From: Tubiluchus corallicola
Lineage: Eukaryota > Animalia > Priapulida
Assembly (NCBI GenBank): GCA_030141605.1
Contig: JAQGDQ010000136.1
Location: 372,001-436,000 of the forward strand
Direction of reading: 5' to 3'
Length of the DNA stretch: 64,000 nucleotides
The notes below the pieces were generated by a model. It saw only the letters and a list, made by a program, of their open reading frames with translations, did not search any database and was not told the origin of the DNA. Positions within the stretch are counted from its first letter, which is position 1. Each line of letters starts with the position of its first letter. Positions 52,801-62,340 of this stretch are shown here, piece by piece. The position numbers and the translations under genes are program-made.

Positions 52801-55005
52801 GTTTGATCACGTTGTTTCACATGGCTTTTTGTGATTGGCAACAGCAGTAATTCTAGTCACACACCATGAAAATCTATCTGTAACAAACTTCTGATGCAAA
52901 CTTGCACATGACAACTTTTGCACAAAACAGTGTCCATGTAACCTTAACTAAACATGTGACATTTGACAAAATGGTTGTTTTTGTCAATCTTTATTGACCT
53001 GATCTGATTTGTCTGATACAAATTTTTGAACGAAGTTTGCACATGAGTTTCTCTGAAGACAGAAAATTAGCCACGTTTAATAAAAATTAATAAAAATGTG
53101 ACAAAACTGGTAAATTAGTGTTAACAAAAATCTATGTCAGACAAATTGTTGCAGACAGATTTCGCTTCGTGTGCACTGGGTATAACATCAGTATTACACT
53201 GCTGGCTTTTTGTAAATTTACACAAATATCCTAACAATTAAAAACTTTGAAAATGAAACTCGTGAAAGTTTTACTGAAAACTATGAACCTATTGTCAAGT
53301 TCTCTTTTTGAATCGGGTATATCCACAGCTGGTGTTATAGCCTAATCGGCAAACTTTTGTCTAAATTTAGAACTCTCAGTCAGCAAGCATATGGTAAAGC
53401 ACATTTCAAAATATAAACAAGTCTATTATTGCTTTGACTTTCTATTGCTCCCACCTCTGTGGTAAGGCTTTGATTAGCTCCGTTCTGCAGCAAATACTTG
53501 ACCACACTGTCATGGTTTTCCTGGCTAGCCATGTAGAGGGGCGTGAAGCCATTTTGTGACTGTACATTGACTGAAGCCCCATTCTGAATGAGAATCTTTG
53601 TTACTTCATCTTGACCAGCTAAGGAGGCAATGTGAAGTGCAGTGTTGCCTTTCTGTAACAACATTAACAACATGTAACAACAACAGAGGTCCAGGTTTGA
53701 CAACCAAAATACAAAAAATTTTTAATAGAAGAAAGCAGTGTAGGAATTTAACAGAAAAACTTGTTTGTTTTAAGATAAATGCTAAGGTGCTTGAACTAGC
53801 AGCATTCAGCCAGTACAAAAACATACCACTATATAGCAGCATCTTGTAAATAGGCACAATCATCACCAGTGATAACAAATGAATGAATAATAATTAGTTC
53901 ATCACTGTCTAGATTTTAGAAAGTTCAAATCATTACACAGGTGAGTGTTTGTTTGAAAAGCGCACGGACACAAATTCAAACTGCATTGAAGATCGAGTTC
54001 ATTACAGGTGAGTTTATGTTTGTAAAAAGCTGATCTCTCAATGACTTTGGAGTCTCTTTAAGAAAAAGAAATTATAAGGCCGAGAAAGAAAAGATCTGTC
54101 ATGCACGCCTGTAGCAAGCTATATGATTCTGATTATTGACAGTTCCTTAGATGTAAAATGAGTGAGTCCGATTCCCAGATGTAAATCGAGCATAATGATA
54201 ATCAGTTGACTATGAAAAACAGATTGTATAGTTTAATTTAAACATTTTCTTCACAGGAATATGTAACTGAGCTGCAATAAGTTAACAATGCAGTAACAAC
54301 ACTTACTTTCGTAGCCGCATTGACATTAGCGCCTCTTTTGAGAAGCTCTGTTACTATATTAACGTGTCCTTCCTTAGAAGAGAGATGCAGAGCATTTAGA
54401 CCATTCTGAAATAAAGACCTTCTGTCAGCACTATTTAAATAAAATGTATATTTGTATTTTATGCAAAAACATGCCATTTGAGATGAAAATTTTGTGTAAG
54501 ATATCATTGAACATGCCTAATAAAAAAAATGCAATAAAAAATTGCTTCATCGACATAACTAAGAAGCATTTAACAGTGGATAATTTTAACCATGGTACTC
54601 GCAAAATTGTGGTTTTTAACAATGCAATTTCACTGTAGGCCATATAATTCCTTTCAGCTGGTGTCTCAAGATTAAGAAAGGCAGCAACTGCTTTCTGATC
54701 TGATGAGCAGATTTATCAAGAGGATAGAAGAGTTTCTTGTTATACTGATATCAACATGCACTTCCGTGAAAAAAGTAATAAAAAATTCAGAAAGTCAGAA
54801 GGTCAATGTTTTTTGACGGAATACCAATTATGAATAAAAAGGCTTTTTAGAGCTTTAGAAGCAACAAAGATGGAATAAATAAATAAGCCAGTGAAACACA
54901 TACAGCATTACTAGTGTTGATGTCGGTGCTTCCTTTCAAGTATTCCAAAACTTTCTCCAAATTTCCGCTTCGTGCCGCCCGCAGAAAGCTTGCATTTCCA
55001 TCACT
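691..55005 (-). CDS. Ank2: Ankyrin (Ank2/unc-44-like) multi-exon gene, partial: 24 ANK repeats, linker, ZU5-ZU5-UPA
   Basis: 23 exons join in one continuous reading frame through canonical GT-AG sites. Diagnostic peptides: [14 protein letters not shown] repeats, [43 protein letters not shown]. Confidence 0.97.
1556..1784 (-). CDS. Ank2: Ankyrin exon, UPA (FWLMDCQQ...[13 protein letters not shown]...SRDVE)
   Basis: ttatag|A...GAG|gtattg; 229 nt, phase 2-0. Confidence 0.96.
2234..2330 (-). CDS. Ank2: Ankyrin exon, ZU5-B end ([33 protein letters not shown])
   Basis: ctacag|GT...AG|gtgagt; 97 nt, phase 1-2. Confidence 0.96.
2443..2647 (-). CDS. Ank2: Ankyrin exon, ZU5-B ([36 protein letters not shown]...LLCSIT)
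   Basis: acatag|GCA...ACTG|gtaagt; 205 nt, phase 0-1. Confidence 0.96.
2834..3045 (-). CDS. Ank2: Ankyrin exon, ZU5-A/B ([22 protein letters not shown]...KIRVGLQ)
   Basis: tcctag|AA...CAG|gtaaat; 212 nt, phase 1-0. Confidence 0.95.
3979..4139 (-). CDS. Ank2: Ankyrin exon, ZU5-A ([18 protein letters not shown]...NESFDGE)
   Basis: atgcag|G...GAAG|gtaata; 161 nt, phase 2-1. Confidence 0.95.
4546..4770 (-). CDS. Ank2: Ankyrin exon, ZU5-A start ([21 protein letters not shown]...GAKFLG)
   Basis: ttgcag|C...GG|gtgagt; 225 nt, phase 2-2; spectrin-binding DARGG motif. Confidence 0.97.
5098..5216 (-). CDS. Candidate alternative first (or 132-nt cassette) exon [39 protein letters not shown](S)
   Basis: ttcATGG; 39 codons plus AG|gtatat, phase 2; a possible phase-2 acceptor (attcag|T) gives an exon start at 5229. 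Confidence 0.45.
6417..6469 (-). CDS. Weak candidate alternative first exon [17 protein letters not shown](R)
   Basis: 17 codons plus CG|gtaagc, phase 2; an out-of-frame ATG lies upstream. Confidence 0.25.
7449..7558 (-). CDS. Candidate alternative first coding exon [36 protein letters not shown](T)
   Basis: aacATGG Kozak context; upstream in-frame TAA; 36 codons; AC|gtaggt, phase 2. Confidence 0.55.
7564..7571. promoter_or_regulatory. CRE palindrome TGACGTCA
   Basis: Exact consensus, 5 nt upstream of the ATG of candidate exon 7449-7558; function unproven. Confidence 0.3.
11700..13130 (-). mobile_element. Decayed non-LTR retrotransposon (LINE) RT fragments
   Basis: [16 protein letters not shown] at ~12900-12947 (degenerate GVxQGSxLSPLLF), followed by a YFASD (FADD-like) remnant; many stops; boundaries approximate. 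Confidence 0.55.
15951..15995. repeat. Tandem duplication, 22-bp unit x2
   Basis: ccatctcaataatcttaatgat x2. Confidence 0.9.
18020..18700 (-). mobile_element. Decayed LINE RT fragment
   Basis: [12 protein letters not shown] at 18233-18268; upstream YISL...EKI and AYR remnants; boundaries approximate. Confidence 0.65.
20467..20621 (-). CDS. Candidate alternative first coding exon [51 protein letters not shown](C)
   Basis: In-frame TAA 2 codons upstream; 51 codons; TG|gtaggt, phase 2; GC-richer than the flanks. Confidence 0.6.
21252..21358 (-). CDS. Weak candidate alternative first exon [35 protein letters not shown](V)
   Basis: 35 codons plus GT|gtgagt, phase 2; AT-rich, may be chance. Confidence 0.25.
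28022..28061. repeat. Tandem duplication, 20-bp unit x2
   Basis: gtgttgtgtctccatctact x2. Confidence 0.9.
28175..28225 (-). CDS. Candidate 51-nt cassette exon (G)[16 protein letters not shown](S)
   Basis: ttttcagctag|T...TCAAG|gtaagt; phase 2-2 using the second AG; the first AG gives a 55-nt phase 1-2 exon. Confidence 0.5.
30172..30660. mobile_element. Degenerate hAT-like MITE
   Basis: Imperfect TIRs CAGTGCCGTATTATCC / GGATAATGAGGCACT; GGGCCC(C/T)TAGGCTTC near both ends; no clear TSD. Confidence 0.55.
31489..31503 (-). CDS. Candidate 15-nt microexon (G)LRFN(T) just before ZU5
   Basis: tttttcttattacag|ACTGCGGTTTAATAC|gtaagt; phase 2-2, open. Confidence 0.65.
34612..34625. promoter_or_regulatory. 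Extended CRE palindrome ATGTGACGTCACAT
   Basis: Perfect 14-bp palindrome ~100 bp downstream of candidate exon 34722-34855; function unproven. Confidence 0.3.
34722..34855 (-). CDS. Candidate alternative first coding exon [44 protein letters not shown](S)
   Basis: In-frame TGA 4 codons upstream of ATG; 44 codons; consensus donor AG|gtaagt, phase 2. Confidence 0.6.
36807..36955 (-). CDS. Candidate alternative first coding exon [49 protein letters not shown](S)
   Basis: 49 codons plus AG|gtatgt, phase 2; internal gtaATGG start at 36925. Confidence 0.45.
37516..37574 (-). CDS. Candidate alternative first coding exon [19 protein letters not shown](S)
   Basis: ATG directly after an in-frame TAG; 19 codons plus AG|gttagt; phase 2 matches the ZU5 acceptor. 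Confidence 0.3.
38922..39094 (-). CDS. Ank2: Ankyrin linker exon [10 protein letters not shown]...[13 protein letters not shown](G)
   Basis: ttgcag|CTG...CATGG|gtgagt; phase 0-2; DN....R.P..HG resembles the residues preceding ZU5 in ankyrins. Confidence 0.88.
39583..39738 (-). CDS. Ank2: Ankyrin linker exon [18 protein letters not shown]...QNIINRE
   Basis: ttctag|TCC...GAG|gtattc; 156 nt, phase 0-0, open. Confidence 0.8.
40324..40427 (-). CDS. Ank2: Ankyrin linker exon (G)[34 protein letters not shown]
   Basis: tgctag|GA...GAG|gtaaag; phase 1-0; the RYL..DEM..LGDDS motif is typical of ankyrin linkers. Confidence 0.9.
40584..40885. repeat. Imperfect (CT)n microsatellite ending in a duplicated ~29-bp unit
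   Basis: Directly visible; explains the RE/SL low-complexity ORFs. Confidence 0.97.
41157..41249 (-). CDS. Ank2: Ankyrin linker exon, probably a cassette: (G)[30 protein letters not shown]
   Basis: aactag|GT...GATG|gtacgt; 93 nt, phase 1-1, open. Confidence 0.75.
41574..41597 (-). CDS. Candidate 24-nt linker microexon (G)MLCYGLL(G)
   Basis: ctaat branch-like site, pyrimidine/TGC tract, ttctag|GC...CTAG|gtatgc; phase 1-1; TGCATG about 35 nt downstream. Confidence 0.55.
   Translation of the reverse strand, partial: ACFAMVC
42273..42296 (-). CDS. Candidate 24-nt linker microexon (G)SVKDMVM
   Basis: tcacag|GC...ATGA|gtgagt; phase 1-1, open and frame-preserving. Confidence 0.45.
43255..43537 (-). 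CDS. Ank2: Ankyrin exon, ANK repeats 23-24 and start of linker ([13 protein letters not shown]...[16 protein letters not shown])
   Basis: tttaag|CTT...GGAG|gtaggt; 283 nt, phase 0-1; AAG-type acceptor. Confidence 0.94.
44193..44390 (-). CDS. Ank2: Ankyrin exon, ANK repeats 21-22 ([13 protein letters not shown]...VDAKTV)
   Basis: tttcag|AAT...GTG|gtatgt; 198 nt. Confidence 0.96.
45108..45305 (-). CDS. Ank2: Ankyrin exon, ANK repeats 19-20 ([14 protein letters not shown]...VNAKAK)
   Basis: gtttag|AAT...AAG|gtgcgc; 198 nt. Confidence 0.95.
45639..45836 (-). CDS. Ank2: Ankyrin exon, ANK repeats 17-18 ([13 protein letters not shown]...PHAAAK)
   Basis: ttacag|AAA...AAG|gtaaga; 198 nt. Confidence 0.96.
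46394..46591 (-). CDS. Ank2: Ankyrin exon, ANK repeats 15-16 ([13 protein letters not shown]...IDLTTK)
   Basis: ttttag|GAG...AAG|gtagtg; 198 nt. Confidence 0.95.
47528..47725 (-). CDS. Ank2: Ankyrin exon, ANK repeats 13-14 ([13 protein letters not shown]...VDARAR)
   Basis: tttcag|TCT...AGG|gtaaga; 198 nt. Confidence 0.96.
47997..48308. mobile_element. Tc1/mariner (pogo/Tigger-like) MITE
   Basis: Perfect 21-bp TIRs CAGTCATACCTCGGTTTTCGA, flanked by TA on both sides; no ORF. Confidence 0.9.
49607..49804 (-). CDS. Ank2: Ankyrin exon, ANK repeats 11-12 ([14 protein letters not shown]...IEAKTE)
   Basis: tttcag|GAT...GAG|gtagga; 198 nt. Confidence 0.96.
50397..51052. mobile_element. hAT-like non-autonomous element
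   Basis: Termini TAGGAATGTC / GACATCCCTA; near-match 8-bp flanks aatggggc / atgggggc; subterminal gattca/gattcg repeats. Confidence 0.7.
51298..51495 (-). CDS. Ank2: Ankyrin exon, ANK repeats 9-10 ([14 protein letters not shown]...VDELTI)
   Basis: ctacag|GAT...ATC|gtaagt; 198 nt. Confidence 0.96.
51927..52000. repeat. Imperfect tandem duplication, ~39-bp unit
   Basis: tggaattcgacccactc(a/t)agtaaat(a/g)catg(c/t)aca x2. Confidence 0.85.
52210..52593 (-). CDS. Ank2: Ankyrin exon, ANK repeats 5-8 ([14 protein letters not shown]...LIDVKTR)
   Basis: tttcag|GAT...AGG|gtaggt; 384 nt, includes the conserved [14 protein letters not shown]. Confidence 0.96.
52853..53180. mobile_element. Old palindromic MITE, possibly PIF/Harbinger-type
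   Basis: Ends are degenerate inverted repeats: cacac...aaatct(a/g)tctg(t/c)aacaa. Confidence 0.35.
53455..53652 (-). CDS. Ank2: Ankyrin exon, ANK repeats 3-4 ([13 protein letters not shown]...ANQSLTTE)
   Basis: ttacag|AAA...GAG|gtggga; 198 nt, phase 0-0. Confidence 0.95.
54307..54405 (-). CDS. Ank2: Ankyrin exon, ANK repeat 2 ([33 protein letters not shown])
   Basis: tttcag|AAT...AAA|gtaagt; 99 nt, phase 0-0. Confidence 0.96.
54904..55005 (-). CDS. Ank2: Ankyrin exon, ANK repeat 1 ([34 protein letters not shown])
   Basis: tttcag|AGT...GCT|gtatgt; 102 nt, phase 0-0; not in the ORF track. Confidence 0.95.
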
Positions 55006-55450
55006 CTGAAATAAACAAACAAGTATAACTATATTACTCTATTAAAATTATTCAGTCGACAGTAGTAGTATTCCCCAATTCCACAAAAGAATTTACTGCT
55101 GCCTAATGGTAAATTAGCTTGGTGCTCCTACAAATGTGCTAACCAAATTGTGATGCCAGCTTACTCTAGAACTTGAATAAATTAGGAGCTAGAGTAAACC
55201 CTTGAGGAACAGTAATAAATTAACAAGTAGAGCCCAACGAACAAGTAATAACAGTAGCCTTAGAAGCCACAAACAGCATATGCAGGAATTGATATATCGA
55301 GTTAAGAAGCGAAAATTGTAAGAAATATGATTAAATAGATGAAATCAAACACGTTGAACTCAGTATCAAGTTAACTTAAACAATCAAAAATCCAAAAAAA
55401 AAAATTAGTTAGAAAATCAGAAAATCAAAGACCAAAAATCCAATCAGTTT

Positions 55451-55452
<2 letters not shown>

Positions 55453-55507
<55 letters not shown>
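55453..55507. repeat. (TAA)n microsatellite
   Basis: Directly visible. Confidence 0.97.
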
Positions 55508-56040
55508 CACTGTCAGTCTGTCATGGAAGCTTATTATATCTATGATCTTGAGTTACGTTTACGTTAAACTCATTAATGATCTTAAAACCAACTTTATAAT
55601 CATTAACTCGATCAAGATTAATATCATTGGGTTGCAATTTCGCTGAAATGCAAAGCATTAAAAAATATTGGATGCTCTAAGTTCTTCATGAATCCTTTTG
55701 TCAACTGAATCATTATTCACTGCTGTATAAAATTTATACGAATAAAAGATTAATAATATCAGCGCCAAGCTGAATGAATGAAGCAAGAGAATGAAGTTTA
55801 TAAATACAAATCCCAGAACTGTTTAAACTTTACGATTGATCAGGAATGATGGCGTCTTGTAAAAGTTGAAATGAATAAAAAACAGCAATCACGCTAATGT
55901 AGGAAGCAGATATACTACACTGAATACTGCAGAAACGAAGCCAGCCGGTGTATCTCCTTTGAACAACGAGAGCAGAAAACATCTTATGCAAGACGTGAAA
56001 GACTAAAGATTGTGGTGAAAAGTTAAGCACCGTCAGCTCT

Positions 56041-56182
56041 AGATGGTCTTGGGTTGATGGGTAAGCAAGCAGGCTCTATGTAAGCAATCGTTCTGCATAT
56101 ACGCACATAAAAGATGGTCTTGGGTTGATGGGTAAGCAAGCAGGCTGTACTTAAGCAATCGTTCTGCATATACGCACATAAA
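56041..56182. repeat. Tandem duplication, 71-bp unit x2
   Basis: agatggtcttgggttgatggg...acgcacataaa repeated with few mismatches. Confidence 0.95.
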
Positions 56183-57067
56183 AGCACTCTGTGACTCAGT
56201 TAGTTAATAACAAAAGTAAAATCAGACATTCCACCTTAATCGTAGAAATTTGGGACAGATCAAGCAGGCAGGTAAAATACACAAGTCTGGTAACTTAGCG
56301 TTTAAGTTTAGGTTAAAATATTTGTTTATTTATTAATAGAAATGCACACACACGCGAAAAAGAGAGGAAGAGGAAGAGAGAAGGGGGGAGAGACGAACTA
56401 TAAATCCAGAAAAATATAAGGACACACACTTTTTCTAGATTTAGCATTTGTTTGTACTGAAATAAAATTAAATAAGCCTTAATGAGTGCAAAACAATTTC
56501 CATACAGCAGCTGGCCAGCAATAAACCATTAAAACCACGTGACCTCATAACAGCTATAATGTAGGGCCTACGTACGTGCAATCATGCATTAGTCACTGTA
56601 ACACACTAGCAGTACCGCCTACAGCAAGTTCTAAAGTTAATTAGCGTATTCTGGCTTCCTCATGAACCTGCATACTCTACGGCTTCTTCAAGCTAAAAAC
56701 CGCAAGGCTCAACAACTGTTTATAAACAACGTACAGCCAAAACATTTTTACGTCTAATTTTAGTCGAATTTATTCCTAACACATGCAAATATTCAGCTTG
56801 TACCGTGTCACCAGAAACTAGCAAGGGAAGCATCTACTGAAAAAAGTTTAATGAACCTGACACAGCTATGTTGATAGCACTTTTCGTTCCCAGGTTTCAA
56901 CCCGGGAAAAAACGCATAGTGAAACCAGACGCAAATCTAAAAGCTCATACGCACCTCAACACACGGTATAATGATTATACGAGTAAAAATTTGACTTATA
57001 AACCTGGTATCACATTTTGTCTGTGTTTCACCTGCTTAACATTGTCATAACTTGTTCAGTTTCACTA

Positions 57068-57747
57068 ATTTTTATCCGCGAGCTCTAGGATCGCGGATCC
57101 AGGAGAAGCCATACGTTGTTGAGTCATGAAATTTGCAGGGAGGACAGCTGAGGTAGGGGCTCAGACAATGGTAAAACTGGGATTATTTAACGGACAGAGA
57201 TAGGAACCAAACTGTGAAAATTTAGGCATTTTGAGTTATGTTAACTTGCAAATGCAAAGGGCTATAAACAAACACGAAACTCGCGAGGAGACAGCTGGGA
57301 TAGGGGGCCTTGAGAAGTGTGTGGTGAACGGTGACCTCAATGAAAGGGTCAACGACAACAGACATCGGTTTCCATTCAATTCCTCTTAGGGCTTTACATA
57401 AAATTCATCCGTATTTAGGTATTTCTGGGTAGGATACGTAATTGGGCTTTCAAAAAGCTGGGATTCTTTAAAGACCCAAAAGAGGAGCCAAAATACATTA
57501 CATTGAGCAAATCTAATATTATAGTAACTAAAGTCGTGAAACTTGCAAGATAGACACCTGTAGCAGGAGCTGAGAGAAAAGTGTAAATAAAAAAAGTCTC
57601 GGATTGTTTACAGGTCCGAAGGAGGAAAACGTGAAAACTGGGGCAAATGGCTTTGTCCGCCAAGTCATATCATCAAATAACTCCTAAACTGTAGAATGCA
57701 GAGTCACAAAATTTCAAATCAGTCACGGGTAATTGCGCACACTAATT
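57068..57747 (+). mobile_element. Possible Helentron-associated non-autonomous (HINE/DINE-like) element
   Basis: T-run start, 5' hairpin atccgcga/tcgcggat (57074-57098), internal repeated gaaa(t/c)t...gacagctg(a/g)g.tagggg units, 3' cacgggtaa (partly complementary to the 5' end) then ctaatt. Confidence 0.4.
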
Positions 57748-60700
57748 GCCACTTTAATGCAATAATGCACAAGCATTAACATAGGTTTGCCACACTCGAC
57801 AGGCATAATCATGCGGTCACGGCGTCATGCTCTTGGACTTGGATTTAAAATTCATTCAGTTTTGTTGAGATGAACTTTTGCAACGAGTGTCAGGAGAAGT
57901 CCAAGGAAAAGTATACCCAGAGACACCGTCATACATTTGTCCATAATCATACTACAACTAATTTACTTAACTCTTGTGCGAAATTTTATTTGTGATATAA
58001 CTGCTGACCCTCCAGTTTATTATATTATATTATTTATTCAGGCACAAAAATACAATAAAGAAAAAGTAAAAAAGCACATAAAGAACATAAAAGCGTATGA
58101 AAAAGTAAAAAAAGGTTAAAACAATTAATAAAAGTGCTTAGTTCACAGTTTAAATATTGTACGCTTGTTGATTTTTGTTGATATTGCCATTAGCAGTGCC
58201 GTGTTTAAAGCATCCCGAGAAAGTATAAAATTGGGCTTCACTTCTATCTTAAGGGTGTGGACAAGTCCGAAATCAGATAGTCAAGAGCAATAGCTAAGCC
58301 CAATGTAACCCACCCCAAAATTAGAGTCCAATAAATACATGGATAAATATTTTAAAAGAAAAATTGCACACCGTCATGGGGAACTTGGACCCCGCGTTCA
58401 TGAGCTCCCCCAATTGGACGGCACGCGGGGGCCCTATCCATGTTTACAGCTATTATTGTTGTACTTAAACTTATTATTTGTAATTGCTGTTGGACTGTGT
58501 TTGAGTTGTAAGCTAGGTAACTACCTCAAGACTACAGTGTATAAGAAAATTCTATGTTAACAATGTCAGCCCAAAGACAGAATTAAGGATCAATCATATA
58601 CAGCAATGGCCGCAAAAGAACCATTTTTGCATATAATGTCATCATTGAATTTGAAAAGTAATATGGCCTGCAAATGCCATTACTTTTAAAAATTGCTGAC
58701 ATTAAAAATATTTAAAGTGAATTACTTACACAGAAAATCAAATAGGTTAAGCACTTTCTTTATACCAAGAATAACAGCTTTGTTTAATCCAACGATTTGG
58801 TATTAAGTGCAGAACCACTTCCGCTGTATTATCTGATTTGATAATCTATGTGCTGATGCAACAGCCAATATCCCATGACCGGTGGTCATTGTACAGGTGG
58901 CCAGTTAATGGACAATAGTCAAATGATCGCTCGCAATGCGTGTTACAAATGCTGTAATACCTGGTAATTACATCTAAGTAAATCTGGTTATGTTTTGACT
59001 GTTAGTGATTTAAAAGAGCTTACACGCACAAAGTTAGGGTTGACCGATAGCTGAATATTTTCTCAAACCGTGAGTTTCAGACTTGATCCAATTTTAACTT
59101 AATACATTTAACATAGCACTTACAAGTAATAATTAAATAATTTAGTAAAACCTTGACCTCACACCAATGTCATCTACTTATTGTTGTAATATACCAAATG
59201 AACACCTGGAAGATGTGGTTAGCTACAAGTGCTAACATATGTTGTCTAATAACGGAAAATGCGTCAAAAACTGCAACAAATTACAGGTTATCTGAAAGTA
59301 ACATTATAAACTTGAAAAGTAGTAACAATTTGTTTCTTTGCGGCATATCACATTGCAATATTCTACACCGGGAAAAATCAAGAGTCTTATGACATAGGAG
59401 GTTATTAACTTTAATTAAAGAGTTCAACTAATGATCATCGTCACTGGAAACATCCACTGGTAAGGCAAAAACTCTGGCTCTATGCTGCACCTGGGTAAAA
59501 AAACTACAAAACGCCACAAACCCTATCTCCCCAATTCAAAAAAGCAGAGCTTTCTTCTTACCTCTCCTACTTCCTGTAATTACCAAACGTTATCAACAAC
59601 ACAAAAAAGCCTTAAAAGGGGTTTTCCAGTAAGGTGATCGAAATCTTTGATGTTTGAAAAAGGTTCGTTGATTGCGGTTGTCACAATCCATTACCCAGCA
59701 CATTCTAGGGTGGTCGTGTAACACAGGCTGCATTTACATACCATATTTGCAAGTATTAGACGAGAGTCAATACGTTTTAACTGCCTTACTCACGATGCCT
59801 GGGTACTATGTAAATAAAATAGTCCAATTTCATATTAGCCAACTTATTATACAGAAACACCCGACAAAATCTAATTAATCTGCCACAGACGAAAAAATGC
59901 AAGTTAAAACACAGAAAACTAAACAACAAGCTGCAGCCCAAGGATAAGTTAAAAATTAATAGTCATAGTAATTTAACAAAACTGTCCGTCAACGAAGGAA
60001 TCGTTCATGCTGTAAAAACATGAGTGACATAATGTGTAAAAAAAAATAAAATTAGTAAATTACGGCAGCTACGTTAGCAAATACACCTCAGAGATACTCG
60101 GACTTTACAGATTCAGGAATTAACACTAGGCCGTTTGAAGTATATAACAAACATTTACATAGTTTGTATATATGTTAGTTGTATGTATTATTGTTATAGA
60201 AACAAGTGATAATTTGGTGTGCAGTTTTTGTTATTGTAACTGCTTCAAACCAACAATTAGTCGTTAAAAAACAAGTAGACCTTTAATACCCTAGAATACG
60301 AGGACAATTACTGAGTTGTCAGATATTACAATTTCATAATGGCAAGTTCGCTTTAAAACTAGAGTTGGCGACATGTTGTATATATACAGTACATTGTGTA
60401 GAGCCCTTATAGTTGTTAACACTAAATCTGAGTTTCAATAGTGTCAATAATGTTGAATACACCAAAATCCGAAGTCAAGCAAATTGAGAGGAGATTCCTA
60501 GAAGTGGAAAAGACAGCCAACATTAATCGAATTTCTGGAGGTTTGAAGATCAATACATGAAGCTCACGCCACTTTATCCCTGACAGGCAAACTTCTTTAT
60601 ATACATCAATTATTAGTGCAACATCGTGTGGTTCACCTCAGGTTTCCTAGAAGCTCATGTAATTATTGCACAGCCTGCAGGAAACAATCAGGAAGTCATG

Positions 60701-62160
60701 GCTTATCAATTACTTCTACACTTAAGGTTAAGCAAAATCAGGACATCTTTCTCGGCCAAAGTTATTTCGTCAGTTTAATCAACTACTGTAACATTTTACA
60801 GGCCCAATTAACTAATTCATAATTCGTTACGAACTTTTTTAAACTAAAATTAGTAAAAAGAAAGATGTGAAATGATTGCTAGAATTTGCACTGTGGCTAA
60901 CTACTAACCGCCAAACCAGTTATAGTTCCTTACTGACTAAGTTTCACAAACTTCAGTATCATAAAACTGTATAGCATTCCAAGTTGTTAGGTGAGTATTA
61001 AAACACTAGAGGACTACCAAAGTTCAAAACCTCCATATCAGCGTTATCGCAAGTTACCAAATTAAGAGTTTTACCCAAATCCTAGCAAATAGTCAACCAC
61101 AACGAGTTAACGTCTTCTACAAAGGTCACCATCATCAACTTCATAATCACCTGTGTCCTTAAGACACCATTCATTGACGATAAAATTTAGCGCCGTTATC
61201 AACGTTATCAAAAAGGATCACCTAACCACATATTCGTCCAAATTCGTTTTACCAACAAACTGCTACTTTCATTTAGCCAATAAAAACAAATCCAATATGG
61301 CTACTACAACATCCACTGTTGTGATACCACTACAAGCCTCACCAAAGCCATAAATCTCTCAGTCAAGTGTTTTTGACCATCCAAACACACCGTGTTATCA
61401 GTACAGCATCTAAATTTCAGTTTAAAACGCGGCAACATTAGAAATACTTAAAATTGAAAACCGCCTCATCTTCACCCTCCCCCGTAGCCCCAGAACAGAG
61501 CTGCAGCAGAAACTCAGAAAAATCACACTTATGGAGGCTTAGATCTTGAAAGCAATATTGCGGAGATTTTATACAGTGACTGCTCAGCACGACCCACTTG
61601 TCGAATGAGTGTTGAGTACATTAACATGCTATAATTATTAGGCAGCTGAGATGAAGTTCATCATTAATGCAAGATTGATCGAACATTACGAACTGTGGAA
61701 ATGATCAGCTAATTAAATATCTAATCTCAGTATATCTACTTATTCATACGCGAAATAAAATCACGATAATTCTTAATGACGGCGTACTTAAAAGCCAGTA
61801 CGCTTCTAATATTTAGAACATTTTGTGAAACAATTATAATATTTTGTATATTTGTGTAATCAGGAAATGATACACCCGATGAACTAAAAATTACACTCAA
61901 CTACACGGATAAATAGTGAGCGTTTTAACATTTTACTGATTACAGAATTCGTTACTTAATCTGCTTTTCGAATTCTTATCACACTTTATTCTCAAATGTC
62001 TAACATCAGCGAAGTTCTTGAAGAAATGAGTAAGGAGATCGATGTCTTTGAGAAACTCCTGCAATTGTCTGTGAAAAACACCTTGATTAATGGTGGTCAA
62101 AGCAGTGAATGGCGGCAACAACAGGTATTAAAGTGTATCTAATTTAAAATTAGATACCAC

Positions 62161-62340
62161 ACAGTACAATCTAGTGGTAACGCGTCCGCTTTCCGTCTGG
62201 GAGGTCGTGAGTTCGATACTGCAGCTGGTTAATACCGAAGACTTTAAAAATGGTATCTGCTGTTGCCTTGCCAGGGTATCTACGGTAATAGCGGGGAAGC
62301 AATAATCTCTGTAAAGTACCTACAGATTTGTTTGTACAGT
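62161..62340 (+). mobile_element. tRNA-derived SINE, MetaSINE-like body
   Basis: A-box-like tctagtggtaa (62170-62180), B-box-like gagttcgatact (62209-62220), then ataccgaagactttaaaaatggtatctgctgttgcc, which resembles the Meta central domain as I recall it. Confidence 0.7.
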
